Shown: in pieces, positions 1-12,967 of the stretch | Position numbering within the stretch: the first letter of the stretch is position 1 | How the letters are laid out: each line of letters begins with the position of its first letter | Assembly: GCA_038496445.1 (NCBI GenBank) | Contig: JALMLS010000455.1 | Location: 124,001-188,000 of the forward strand | From: Trichosphaerium sp. ATCC 40318 | Lineage: Eukaryota; Protista; Tubulinea | DNA length: 64,000 bases | Direction: 5' to 3' | The notes under the pieces: generated by a model | What the model was told of the DNA's origin: nothing | Database searches by the model: none | The model's input: the letters and a program-made list of their open reading frames with translations, nothing else | Program-made: the position numbers and the translations under genes

Positions 1-420
<420 letters not shown>

Positions 421-440
421 ATGGTTTATCAAAAGAATTT

Positions 441-456
441 GGTGTTTTTTAACACC
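441..456 (+). promoter_or_regulatory. Histone mRNA 3' stem-loop (SLBP-type)
   Basis: GGTGTT-TTTT-AACACC: 6-bp stem starting GG, 4-nt U-rich loop, 20 nt after the H4 stop; same geometry as the histone stem-loop. Confidence 0.85.
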
Positions 457-641
457 TCCTTTATGCTTCAAACTCGACTTGGTTTAATTTTCATTACTGT
501 TTTAACGGTTATTTTTTGTTTCTGTTTTAGTACAAGGGGACGTTTAAACGGAGTTCGAGATGCTAACGATTGTCTGTTTGTTGATTCCTTTTTATTTTAC
601 ATTATTTTATTTTTTTTCTCTTTCTGTTTCGCCTAGCCAAG

Positions 642-3600
642 CTATTCATACAGTTTCTTCCTTGTTCTTGTTGTGTTGTAATAAACAGCTTCACCGTCTG
701 TTTTATAATCAGGTTCAAATGTGTTTTCATCATCTGACACTAAAGATTGCATATATTCATTGGTAGCTGTAAACATTGAATGATTCCTTTGATGAGAAGT
801 AACTGCATCAGGTTGTGACCTCTCATTAATAGCTGATTGTGATTTACTTGGTGCAAGAGAATGAGACTTATCTTTAGGTTTCTTACGTCTGCGTCTAAAC
901 AAGAAACTTAGCTGTGGGTAAAAGAAAAAAATAGCAAGAAATAGTCTTTCGATAAACTCCAAATACGTGATGTTCTTTCGGGTACGTTTTTGTCCCTTTC
1001 GGAACTAATAGCAGTGAAGCAATGATGAGCAAACTTATAACAAAGTAATCTTCGTTTTGAGGCCAATAAAAGAGTACTCTGAATTACTGTTTTTGCAAGA
1101 AAAACCCAAAAATTCAATTTTGTATTTTTTGTAGACGTGCAATTACCCCAAGTGATGCCATGTTGTAGATTCATAGTGAACCACAACGTGTTGGTCAACA
1201 TTTGAGATATAAAAAATTAATGCAGATAAATACGTTGCATACCTTAGTAGTCTTTTGCTGCTGAACTCTAATTTAACTGAACGGCTTGGAGCTTCAGTTG
1301 ACTTGTTTTTCCTATTAGTACTATCACGTGCTGTTCTCATACGTGGTGCACTTTTTCTTTTTTCTCTCTTTGTTTGTGCACGTCTTGCTAGTTTTAGTTC
1401 CTTCTTCTTAGATGGAACACGATGTGATTTTGAACCTCCTTTTCTAGGTACATTGTTCACATTGATTTTTATATTACTTGTATTGGGTTTTGAACCACTG
1501 GCTTTAGATGCATTATTATACACTCTCATAGATGGTGAATTATGTGATGTCATCTTAGGTATAAAATCCATATTTGTTGACTCAGAGAGAGATAAGTTAT
1601 CCCATAGTTGCTCTGTTAAATCATTCTTGGCTACAACAGAAATGAGTCAAGTCCAAAAAAGGGTAAAAAAAAGTGAAACGAGACACTTCAATTATGTTTT
1701 AGTCATAAATAATAACAAGTGTAGCGTGTAGAAAGAAAGGTAAGAAGATTAACTACCTGGCAAAAACCAAACTACGAGGGTTTTGCAAAGAAAAAAATGA
1801 GAAAAGAAACAACCCAAAAAGAATGCTTACGTGCTCCATATCCTTTAAAGGATATTTGATTTGTGTTTGGTGATTCTACAGGCTCATCATCTGTAGACTC
1901 CATAGCTGTTGCTAAGCTATCTAGAATTTTTAAGTCTTGCTGTAGAGAAGACTCTTCACTATCTATTGCGCTACTACTTATAGTAGACTCAATTTTACTT
2001 GAATGATTGACCTGTATTAAAGGCCTGTCTTCTTCTGACTCAGCTATAAATAATTCAGTCACATGCTTTAATATTCAAGCAATTGAGATGCGTATGATAT
2101 GTTCAACGTACAATCAGTAGAATCATCATGTTCAGCGCTGTTATGGTCTATATTTTCGAGCTCTGTGATGAATTTATTCAAACTTAGTTTACGTAGTACT
2201 TGCTTATCTATTCTAAACGAGCTTGTTGTTCTTAAGAACGATCTACTTTGTTTAGGCACCTAAAAAACCTCATTAAATCAATGAACACATAAAAAAAAAC
2301 CAAAGAAGTGCTGCAAGATAGTTTGTATCGAAAGTCAACTAGTTGGTTTTTTTGAAATATTGACAAAAAAAAAGTAAAATTGCATGACACCTACCAGTTT
2401 TTTATGTCTATTCATGATTTGCTTTGCTGCATTAAACCTAGGAGTATGTTGAGACTCATTTAGAGGGTCAATAGTAGCATTTGATCTTGTGCGTGAGCCA
2501 GAAGAATGTGAGCCAGGAGAACTTCTTGCAGATGGAATATGGATAACAGGTACAGGCGAAGAAGAACTTTTAAGTTCTCCTCCTCTTGGAGAACGTGTTA
2601 TCACTGGTACATGTCGAGCTGAGGTTTCAGGGGTTACTGGGGATGATTTTTCTTCAAGCATTTTATCATCTGTCTTTTCTGGTGCTTCACTCTTAATTAC
2701 AAGAGTTTGTGATTTCTTTAGCGATTCCTCAGCTTCTTCTAGATCTTCGGTTTCTTCGAGGTCATCTTCAGCTTCTTCAAGGTCTTCAGCTTCTTCTAAC
2801 AGGTCTTCATCAGTACTGGATTCCCCAGATTCTGAATCCTTATCTGAATCAAAGTCGTCTTCGAGCGTTGGAGAAAAAAGTTGATATTGATCAATCATTA
2901 TGAAAATAGCATCAAGATAGTTACCACGACGTTCTTTCCAATTCTTTGGATTAAATAACCAACGTCTATAGTGCTAAGGGTTAGTACAGGTAAACTGGGA
3001 TGAATTAAAAATAAAATCCTTTACTTGAAGTCAAACATTGATCTAAACGTACCCAAAAAAATGCACTATATTTCTACGTGCGCGTAAGTCCTGTTCTGTG
3101 CAATTAAAAAATTTGAGAAGCCAAAAAAGTGTTTCCCATCGCTCAACAGGTAGATTTATTATTATTGCGCGTAGGATATTAGATCTCATGTCCTAAGTAC
3201 TTATAAGATAGATGTACAAGCGTATTCAAATCACAAAAATAAAAAAAAAACTTTTCGTTTCAAGCTGTCTTGTAAAAGCGTTTATATCTCTTTCTGTATA
3301 CTGCTTAGATATATATATTCATTTATACGCTTTATAGTCAAAAGCTTTTGAGCAAAAAAAAAAGTTGGATGTTCGGTGAGGAGCGATTTCTAAATTAGAA
3401 GTTCAGGTGAAGAAAAACTTTTTTCGTTTTGTCTGACAATCGCGTTTTTAATGTAGTAAGTCATCCAAGTACCTCTGATTTAATCTCCATCGCTGCTAAT
3501 AGTACATTGTGAACGTCTCTCGGTATTAGAGGAGTTGGTAGCTTCCGAAGAAAATCACGCAATAAGATTGTAACCACGCGACAATCCGCCAGATACGCTG

Positions 3601-3960
3601 AAGTAAGCGAACCTAAAACATTTTACTTGTTTTATCTTTTGGCGCCGTAATTGTGAATTTAACGCTAGGAGCGTTTCTCGTACCACTCTTTATCTTATTG
3701 CGCACTTGTTTCATGATTGTTTGGCTTGGTTTTTGAAAAACGTCTATTTCTTGGTCTAACTCAAGAGCTGACTCTTTTATAGCGTTCAGCTGTAGCGTAA
3801 TCGCGTAAACAAACGCATTAAGATTAGTTCCGTCCAAGCAATCCTGTTGGTCCAGCGGAAGCTTGAATGCCAACTGAGGCTTCTTTGCGGTGTCATTGCG
3901 TGTTTAAAAAAACACAATTCGTTGTACCTGTAACCACTTCAAGTGTTCCTCACCGTCCAT
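642..3960 (-). CDS. Multi-exon RhoGAP-domain protein with long acidic/Ser-rich and basic low-complexity C-terminus
   Basis: Spliced exons read ...VVTILLRDFLRKLPTPLIPRDVHNVLLAAME / DMRSNILRAIIINLPVERWETLFWLLKFF, typical RhoGAP helices. ORFs 2335-2898, 1772-2062, 1143-1571 and 642-962 give the tail. The 5' end could extend to the ATG at 4056. Confidence 0.7.
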
Positions 3961-4148
3961 TGTATCCAAGTGATCGGCTTATAACGTTATTTACAAAACA
4001 GGAATTGTAGGAGTTTTTGTTTGAATGGGTTTTAACAATTGCTTCCTTACTGTCATTAAGCGACTTGACACTTGTTTTGCAGCTTTATTCTTCGTGCAAA
4101 GATGCTGTAAAGCTCTGAGGGCTTGTTCTTTTTGAGATTAACAGTGTT

Positions 4149-6766
4149 ATGCAACGTGTAGCCTGTAGAACACTTAAACACGATGGTAAGGCGAAATAAA
4201 CGTCGGGGGATACGTATAAACACTAACGGACCACTCTAGACCTAATACAGCTAGAACGTAATATTGCTCCCAAACTACGAGTGCGCCGACTATTACACTA
4301 TGAATACTAACGCATTACGGTAGGTACATACAGTTTCAGATTGGTACAATGCTACATCTGTAGATGTTATTAAATATGGCGGTCGTGGGCTATTAGAATG
4401 GTATAGAGACCTAGCATTAATAAAAACCGTAATTGAAATAACGTTTAGCTATGACACTTTCTCGAAATTCTTACAAGCAGTCTATCCTACTTATACATGG
4501 GTACCCTGGAAATTTAGGTACAGAACCTCGTTGTTACTGGACGTAATATGAGCTAATATCGTTTTTGACAGGTTATCTCCTTTAGGCTATTGGGATGACC
4601 TTAGAAACCAAGGTGATTTCTTAGAAGACCTTGGTGAGAATCTGTGCGTAAAGTGTTTAGATGATTGGTATGACGTGTCGTCAAGAGACTTAGTAAAGTA
4701 TGGTGGTATACAAGTACTAGCAAAGTACGTTCAGATGGTGCCTAGATTTTAAACAAAACAGAAAAAAATGAGAAAACAGTTTCAGTCTTGTTAATTTCTT
4801 GTAGGTATTCTGGATCTATTTCTACTCTTCTGCAAGAGATCTATCCTAACCATGTATGGCACCCATGGCAGTTTTCGTAAGCTTTTACGGTGGTAGCTAC
4901 ATACTTACAACTGTTAGGATGTCGCCTTTGGGTTTCTGGGAGAATGAAGCAAATCAAAGAGATATGATGGAGAGAATAGCGCGTATTATAGGTGTGAGTG
5001 AACTTGATGATTGGTATAATGTTCAATATGATGATATAATAAACCATGGTGGCACCAGATTAATCAACTTGTACGTAGGTTTGTTCAATGAAGAACAACT
5101 ACTCCCTAAAAAACACACTAGTCAACTACTAATCAAGTATTTAGACATGGTGGTTCTCTTTCTTCGTGCCTAAAAGAACTTTATCCTAAACATAACTGGA
5201 AACCTTGGAAGTTCCGGTAAGAGGTTTATTTGTGTTTGATAGGTGTTAATGTGTTTTTGTTTAAAGTGCTTCTCCACAGAGGTATTGGGAAGATGTATCA
5301 AATCAACTTGTATTTTTAAATAGTATTGGTAAAGCACTTGCCATTTACACCCTTGATGAGTGGTACACCGTAACAACAAAAGATGTATATAACGCAAGCG
5401 GTGTAGGGCTATTTTCAGCGTATGTTGTTAGACAAAGTTCAAAATAGAATAAGAGCTAATTTGGATACTTAGTCATGACTCTTTATCTGATTGGCTTCAA
5501 ACTTGTTTTCCTCATTTTGATTGGGAACCATGGCGATTCAGGTACGCCATGTAGCAGTAACATATACTCCTCTCACATTATGTAAAGCATGACTCCAGTT
5601 GGTTTCTGGAGTGATATTGGGCATCAGAGACAGCGTATAAATTATGCATCTCAACAACTCGATTTAAAGCACCTTGATGAATGGCATAATGTGTCTTTAC
5701 TAGATCTTCTAGATCACGTTGGTGTTCACATGTTGGGTCAATATGGTGGTTCATTATGGAGTGCTCTAAAAGCCTTGTTTCCTGATCACAGATGGAACTT
5801 TAATGAACGGGAAAAGAAGAATCAAGTAGAGAAAGGGCACTGGCAAAACCAAGAGAAACAATTGACTTTCTTGAAAGGTTTGGCAGAGAAACTCCGTTTA
5901 GAGAAAGATGACTGGTACGTTTCTGGATAGTTATGTTATATTAACATACCATTTGTACGACTGATATACACTATATAGGTATCGGGTGTCAAAGAAGCAA
6001 CTTATTGACTCTGGAGGAGCTAGTGTTATCCCTTACTTCCCTGAAATATTAAAAGTATTGGATCCTAGGTTTAAATGGCAGTGGGGAAAGTTCTCCTTTG
6101 GTGCTAAGAAATCTGAACAACTGTATGTGTTTTTCTAGTATTTAAATAACACAAACACCATTAAATATAGTTGAACGAATGAGTGCTTAACAATAGAATC
6201 TAGGAGCATGTTAAAGTGTTTATCTGATATTTTTCCAAAAAATCAAATTATTGAAGAACACATCATTGGTATGCGTCACTCAACAGGTGAGTACCTCAGT
6301 GTAGATGCTTTCATACCTGACCATGCTATTGCATTCGAATACCAAGGTAATCAAATAACACTGATCACACCACGTGCTAACTATATTTTTTCACAAAAAG
6401 GAGCACAACATTATCATGATAAGATTTTTCCTGAAGGCATGTGGGTCATGTGCCGTGAGGCTAGAGATATTGAAAAGTTACAGCAATGTAATGATGCAGG
6501 TATAACACTTGTAAGAGTACCTTATTGGTGGAAGTCAGGTGATATAGATTCTTTAAAAGCAACTATAAATGTAATGCATCCTGGACTTTGTAAAGATATA
6601 AGAAAAGGTATTAAGCCTTTAAGATCTGTTCCGGCTTATGATGATGGTAAGTAACATCTTTCTTTCATATTTTCTTTTTTTTTTCGTACTTCAATGGTTT
6701 TTAACTGTACAATATTTAGATCATTATACACTTATGGCACCATCACAATCTGTATCAACTTCTTAA
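4149..6766 (+). CDS. Trp-rich ~70-aa tandem-repeat protein (6 units) with C-terminal PD-(D/E)XK (Vsr/DUF559/RAP-like) nuclease domain, paralog 1
   Basis: Spliced repeats such as SPLGYWDDLRNQGDFLEDLGENLCVKCLDDWYDVSSRDLVKYGGIQVLAKYSGSISTLLQEIYPNHVWHPWQF, followed by LSVDAFIPDHAIAFEYQGAQHYHD...RDIEKLQQCNDAGITLVRVPYWW. All introns are GT-AG and keep the frame. Confidence 0.85.
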
Positions 6767-7118
6767 CTCATGTAAAAATATTGCAACTTTCTGTAAATAA
6801 ACTGAAAAGACTTTGGGCACAGTGTCCAATTTCACGATTCTAAATTCAGTACACTTCTGAGGCACTGTTGTAAACAGGGGTTACTGAAGCGGGTGCATCG
6901 ATATATATGGTCTCTTTATTATTGTGGTATTATAACTCGGAATCACATGTAACTCGCTGATTCTCGGTTCATTTTCATTCCACTGTTTGAAAAAAATGAA
7001 TGTTACGTTTCTACTCCAACATATAGTAACTTAAATCTAGTATGCTTGGAAGTAGACATTAATCTTCTTGCAATGTATTTGATAGTAAAGAGTTTGGGTA
7101 CCATGAACTCAGGTGTGC

Positions 7119-8647
7119 TTACATCGTTGAAAGTGTGCCATCTTCATGGAACATTGCACGATGATGTGCAATGTCATCAATATAATTGCATATCTCTTTA
7201 AGCTTCCCATTTTTGTACCAAACTTTATACTTTCCATGATAACAACCATTTATATAGTGACAGTGTTTTGAAAGAAATCCATTTTGAAAGAACTCCTTGT
7301 ATTCTCCTTCTTTTGCGCCCTTGACAAAATTACATTGCTTCATCACATTACCATTCTCATGCCACATTCTGTATTTCCCCTCCAGTTCACCTTTATTATA
7401 AGTGAGGGTTTCATGTAGTGTACCATTTCTTTTCCATTTTTTCCACTCCCCATGCTTGTTACCATTGAGGTATGTACCTTCCTCAACTAATGTACCATCT
7501 AAATGCCACTTTTTGTACTCTCCGTTTTGGTCGCCCTTCTGAAAGTAGCTGTGTTGTTTTAATTGTCCATTTCTATACCACTTTTTGTGTTCTCCGTCCA
7601 TCCTTTTGGTATCATCATACAAGATATATTGGTAATATAGCTGTCCATTGGTATTTATCAGCTTCTGGTTTTCTTCTTGTTTACCACTTTTATAATGACA
7701 TTGAGACTTTAGTTGTCCATTGTTATACCAACAAATGCACTTTCCTTCTTTTTTGTTATTCACATAATGGCATTGCTGTTTCAATTGTCCATTATCATGC
7801 CAACACTTGTACTCGCCTTCTTTTTTATAATTCACATAATAGTATTGCTCATATACTTGGCCATTATCATACCAGTGCTTGTATTCTCCTTCTATTTTAC
7901 CTTGTATATAATAGCACTGCATTTTCAATTGGCCATTTTTGTGCCAGCACGTGTACTCTCCCTCATAATAATTATCAACGTAATACTTGTGTTCACCTAA
8001 CTGTCCGTTCCTATACCACATTCTAAACTCACCGTCATAATTGTCTTCAATGTGATTACTCACTGTAGCAATTGAATCATCTTCATGCCACCTTATACGT
8101 ATTCCATTCAGTTTACCTCCAATGTAGGAAGAGAAACACCTTTTCGCACCATTACGATAATAAACCATATCATCCCCTTCTTTTTTATCGTTTAAATAAC
8201 TACACTTACATTTCAATACACCACTTTCATACCAATCAATACGTTGACCATTTTTCTCGCCATTCAAATAAAAGCGTTGACTTTTCAATTGACCGTTTTG
8301 GTGCCATGTTTTTTGCTCTCCATCACGTTTACCATTTTCGAAATAACATTGTTTTTCTGGTTTCTGAGTGTCATAGTTTCTTTTTCGCCAAAGACCACAC
8401 TTATCAAGGTTTTCGTCAAATCGTGTTGTTAATGCAGCTTGTTTAGAGAGTAAAGGCCATTTCGCGTATACTGAAGCGTCCCAGTCTGCTATATCAAGTT
8501 GTAGTTCCACTGGGAGTTGTAATAGTCCTCCAAACGATAGTTTAAGAGCGCTTATCTGTATTAAGAAAATTAGTGTGTTAAATCAACACAAAGCGCTTCA
8601 TTAACAGGAAGCAAAGTCCACTGTACCGTTTTTTTTGTAGTAGCCAT
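7119..8647 (-). CDS. F-box-like plus MORN-variant (MORN_2/YwqK-type) repeat protein
   Basis: Exon 1 (8647-8627) joined to a long exon gives ...GGLLQLPVELQLDIADW...LLSK (F-box-like), then many ~24-aa units of the type EGEYKxWYxNGQLKxQCxYxNGKK. Confidence 0.8.
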
Positions 8648-9124
8648 TGCCTTCGTTAGTTGCTGGTGCATGGACCAATAGTGGACCACAGACTTTTGTT
8701 CTTCGAAAGAAAAAGCCGAGAGAAGCTGATGCCTTCCCATTTCGATTGCTCACATGGTTGTAAGAACTCTATCTTACACGTGCACTAAGAGAGCATACGT
8801 TGGAAAACAACAAACATACTCTACTATTAACAGGCTCATCGATAAGCAAATTAAAGTGCGAATAGTAGTGCCTACTTCAGATTCCTATCTTACAATTTTC
8901 GGACACTGATCACGTGCCATTTGTGCAAAAAAATTGTTTGAAACACTTGACTTCGCTAAAACAATTAAAACATATCGGAATATACTGTTCTAACTACACA
9001 CAATGTAATACTTTGGACATGACTATCACGTGTTTTTTTATTCGCAACACTTGGCTTAACTATGAAAAATCTAGTGCTCAGATTGTAACCGCCTCGAAGG
9101 TGCTAATTACGTTAAAGTATAGCA

Positions 9125-12100
9125 ATGCTTCATGAATTACTAGCTATAGCTTTAGTTTTACTATTTTATCCAAGTACGCCTTTATGTTACGCTTAAAACC
9201 TTCTAGAACGCTGTATATTTACACTTTTAAGCGAATTCGGATGCTTTTATCGAGATTGTACCTGCGTTTGAAAGCCTATCTGTTGGATCTGCAGCAGCGC
9301 GATCATTCGTTGATCTTGAGTTCGTAGATTGTAACAATACATTCTTCCTTGTGGATATGGACGGTAAACTGAAACAAAAAAAAAGCAGTAAAAAACGAAG
9401 AGATTATCATCATTGTCAGTTAATTGATTGCTTATATTTGTTCAGGTTTTATATACGAGTTTGAGAATGACCCAGACGTAAGTTTTTGCTTACTCCATTA
9501 AAAAACCTAGCCGAGAACACGTGTTTTTTATGATAACGATAAAAGCACGCAAACAACGAACCAGGTTGACAAAGATTTAGGTTACCTCTGCTACAAATCC
9601 GTTGAATCTCCCTCAAGTCTTGGGTATTTCTGAAACAGCATTCTTCGATGGTACAGAAGCAGGATTACTCGGCATGACGTTGCACCCAGAATGTACTTAG
9701 CAAAAAAACACAACGCCTAAAAGTAGTAAAATGGCTAACACAAACATTCGCATCAAAATTTTAGCGAAACACGCGTAAGTAATTAAGTATTAATTTTTCC
9801 TCCCTCTAGTTTGCTTCAATGGATACGCATTTATTCGGTACGTGCCACATATACCTATCTCCAAAAATCACGTGATCAACCCAAAAGAAGCATTCACTTT
9901 AAAAGTTGAGTAAGAAGTTATTGACGATTTATTCTTCTAGGTATACAACAAGTGTTGCTGATAGAACTGTTGCAATATCAAGAATAACATTCAACTTTGT
10001 CACGAGGTTCTTTTCTGGTATACTAGAAAACGTTCTTACAATAGAAAATTTTCGTAAGTAAAGCACTTAACAAAAAAACCTCTTGTTTACTTTGCATTTT
10101 TAAAGCATCTTCCGGTGGAGAACTCTTCGATAATCATTATGGTGGAGACATGTCTTTTGGAATAGATCGCATGTTTTACATACCAGTTGGTGCGTATTAA
10201 CTGTTCGAAAAGAGGAAGACTAACAAGTTAAACAGGAGACGGAGGAGGTCAAAATAATCCATCTGGAAGCGCACAAGATGCCAGTGATCTTCGAGGATCT
10301 ATTCTGAGGATTGATGTTACGTATGTACTATCCTCTTACTATATGGTATTAACAAATAACACAGGACATTACCTTATACTATTCCAGTTGGTAATCCGTT
10401 CATCGGTGATCCAACAAGAAGAGATGAAATCTTATTCACAGGGATCCGAAATTCATTGACAATAGACTTTTCAGGTGAAAGTACGCATATTACGACGTTT
10501 GCGTACACGTGCTAACTCGTTGTTTCTTTGTGCGATATAGACTTGTTCTTCACTGATGGAGGTTTGTTCGCTTCTGGAGATAGATTTCAAGAGATAAACT
10601 TCTTACCTTCTCTTTCATTATGTATGACTTTTTTTCGTTGCTATTGAGTATTTTCGTTGAGTTACAAGCTAAATAGAGTTGTTAGTGACAAGGAATTATG
10701 GCTGGCCAATCTTCGAGGTACATACATTTCTACTTCTAAGCCTTGAAGGGTAACAAGGACAAACCACTTATAGGGACCAGAATGTGTTGATGGAGGATTC
10801 TTTACAGAGCTTTGCAATGATACTACTGGCTTTACGTTTCCTGTACCACGTTACTGAATGCTTGCTATCTTCTCTTACTTTATGGTTAGTTTTATTCATA
10901 TCCTGCAATCGGTGATATGGTTTCTGGTACTGCAGTCCTTGGAGGATTTGTTTACAGGTACACTAGAACGAGATAGTAGCGTGCCTTTACTAAAGTTTGG
11001 TAAAAAATAGAGGTACCATGAATCCTTCATTGGATGGTAAATACATATTCGGTGACGCCATTACATCATTCATTGGAGCTTTGGAATTCAATGATACATC
11101 TGTAGTATCAGTCGAAGCCACTCAGGCCGATTTTCTAGTCAGTAAGTAACTTTTTATGATCATAAGATCTTTTTCTTTAAAAAGTCACTCGATAATTTTG
11201 CAAAAGTTTACTTTTGGTGGCTTTCAATAAATATCTGATAGGTGGATTTGCCAGAGATAGAGATGGCGAGGTATTGATTCTGTCAAGACAACAAACAGGT
11301 CCTGGCGATAGTTTCATATTTGCACTGCAACCAGAAATTGAAACGAATATGACAATGGCAGTTTGTGGCAATAACATCACTGAACTAGGTGTAAGTACTT
11401 GATTTTACTCTTATGTATAGCAACAAGAGACCTAAGTTGATGAATAGGAAGAATGTGATAATCCATCTCCTTGCTGCTCAGATCAATGTTTAGCAACAGC
11501 ATTAGAAGAAGATTGTGCTGGATTCTCAGTCTGCTTCACATCTTTTTGCACACGTTACGTCACACTCAACCACGTTTTATTTCAAACATCAAGAGATACT
11601 GATACTTAAAAATAGTACAACCAAGAGGAGTATGTATGTCTACAGATATGCCTAAACCAGTGAACGAATCTTGCGTAGATCCAGGTACATAAAAGCTATT
11701 TCTTAGGGAGCGCACAGGTTTCTGGAAATTCTAAGAAAAGTTATTGACAAAATACAGTTCAATCGTTCAAATTCTCTCTGCTTTTTTCCCCACCCACAGA
11801 AACGCCTTGCGTTTTAATTCGCTCATAAAAAATGTATTTTAAAGGGGTAAAAAAGTAGGATTTGAATGCATAGAACTGTATCATCCAAGCAACTTCCCTG
11901 ATCGTTTTGTTGAAAAAAACCTTCCATTCCAGAAACCTGTACATCTCCTGAAGCAAATAAGACAAAGGATTTAACCTAAAAAACCACTACAGATACACTA
12001 TGCGCGTCTCGTTGTGATGGTACAGGTATTTGTATACCTGACGATTCGTGTGTGCCTACACAAGCTCCAATACCGCCTACAACCAATCCACCGACGACTG

Positions 12101-12967
12101 TTCCTCCTACTATGACTCCTACAACAGTGCCACCAACAGCGCCTAGCATTGCGCCAACTGTTGTTCCCACTGCGGCTCCTACAACGTCTTCTCCTACAAC
12201 ATTGGCTCCTACAACATTAGCACCAACGACCATGCCGCCAACTACTATGGCACCAGTTGCTATACCTACTAGCGCACCAACAACAGAAGCACCAACAGCG
12301 CCAACTATGGGTACATAGCAAATCAGCTTAGCAAGTGAAACCTAAACCTTGAAATAGCTCCAATACCAATGGAGATATGTGACAATCCACCAATAACTTG
12401 TGAACAAGTACGTTAGCTCTTTTGTCTTGTAGTGTGTAATGTACTCTTACAAGGATTGCGTACTTGGTTGCAATGCAACAGAAGCTCATGAAGTGGCAAG
12501 AGAAAACGTCCAAGAACAATGCAACGAGTAAGAGGATAAACTTAATTCCTGCCTCCTGATTTTTCTTGTTCTAGAGCATGTAGAAGGTTCAGTTCTCGTC
12601 CTTGTCCGGACGGATTACAAGTTGCAACGCTTGTAGATTGTGTATACAATGAATGGAATGTATGGGATAGACGTTGTGACTGTGGCATGGCATTTGATGC
12701 TTGTATTGAGTGCTCTTGCTCATGTAATTTATCTGCATGTATTTAAGTACCCTAGAATCGATAAGAGTATTTAAAATAACAATTGTACACATTCAAGACC
12801 AACTAGTAAATATTTCACTTGTGTCATGAGTCTAACAAATGGCTAACACGACATTATTACACTCATCAAGATAGTGTAGTCAAACGTGTAGAAATTTGCT
12901 ACACGTGAGTGGAGGTTTCAGTTCGTTGTGTGACTCTTATGCCCATGTTCTGTTGAGCTTAGCATAA
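9125..12967 (+). CDS. Secreted glucose/sorbosone dehydrogenase (HHIP/HIPL-like) beta-propeller with Cys-rich modules and Pro/Thr mucin stalk
   Basis: Signal peptide MLHELLAIALVLLFYP; motifs EAGLLGMTLHP, NHYGGDMSFG, GDGGG, AQD..DLRGSILRIDV, YTIPVGNPF, YGWP; then CGN..EECD..CC and the PT-rich ORF 12052-12318. The 3' end is uncertain. Confidence 0.8.
12052..12310 (+). repeat. Pro/Thr-rich mucin-like coding repeat (PTTxAPT)
   Basis: ORF PTQAPIPPTTNPPTTVPPTMTPTTVPPTAPS...; exon of the gene above. Confidence 0.85.

Noticed and set aside
2489-2884. Ser-rich plus-strand ORF (similarly 1255-1731, 7472-8446, 11976-12233)
   Set aside because: Antisense shadows of low-complexity or repeat exons on the opposite strand.
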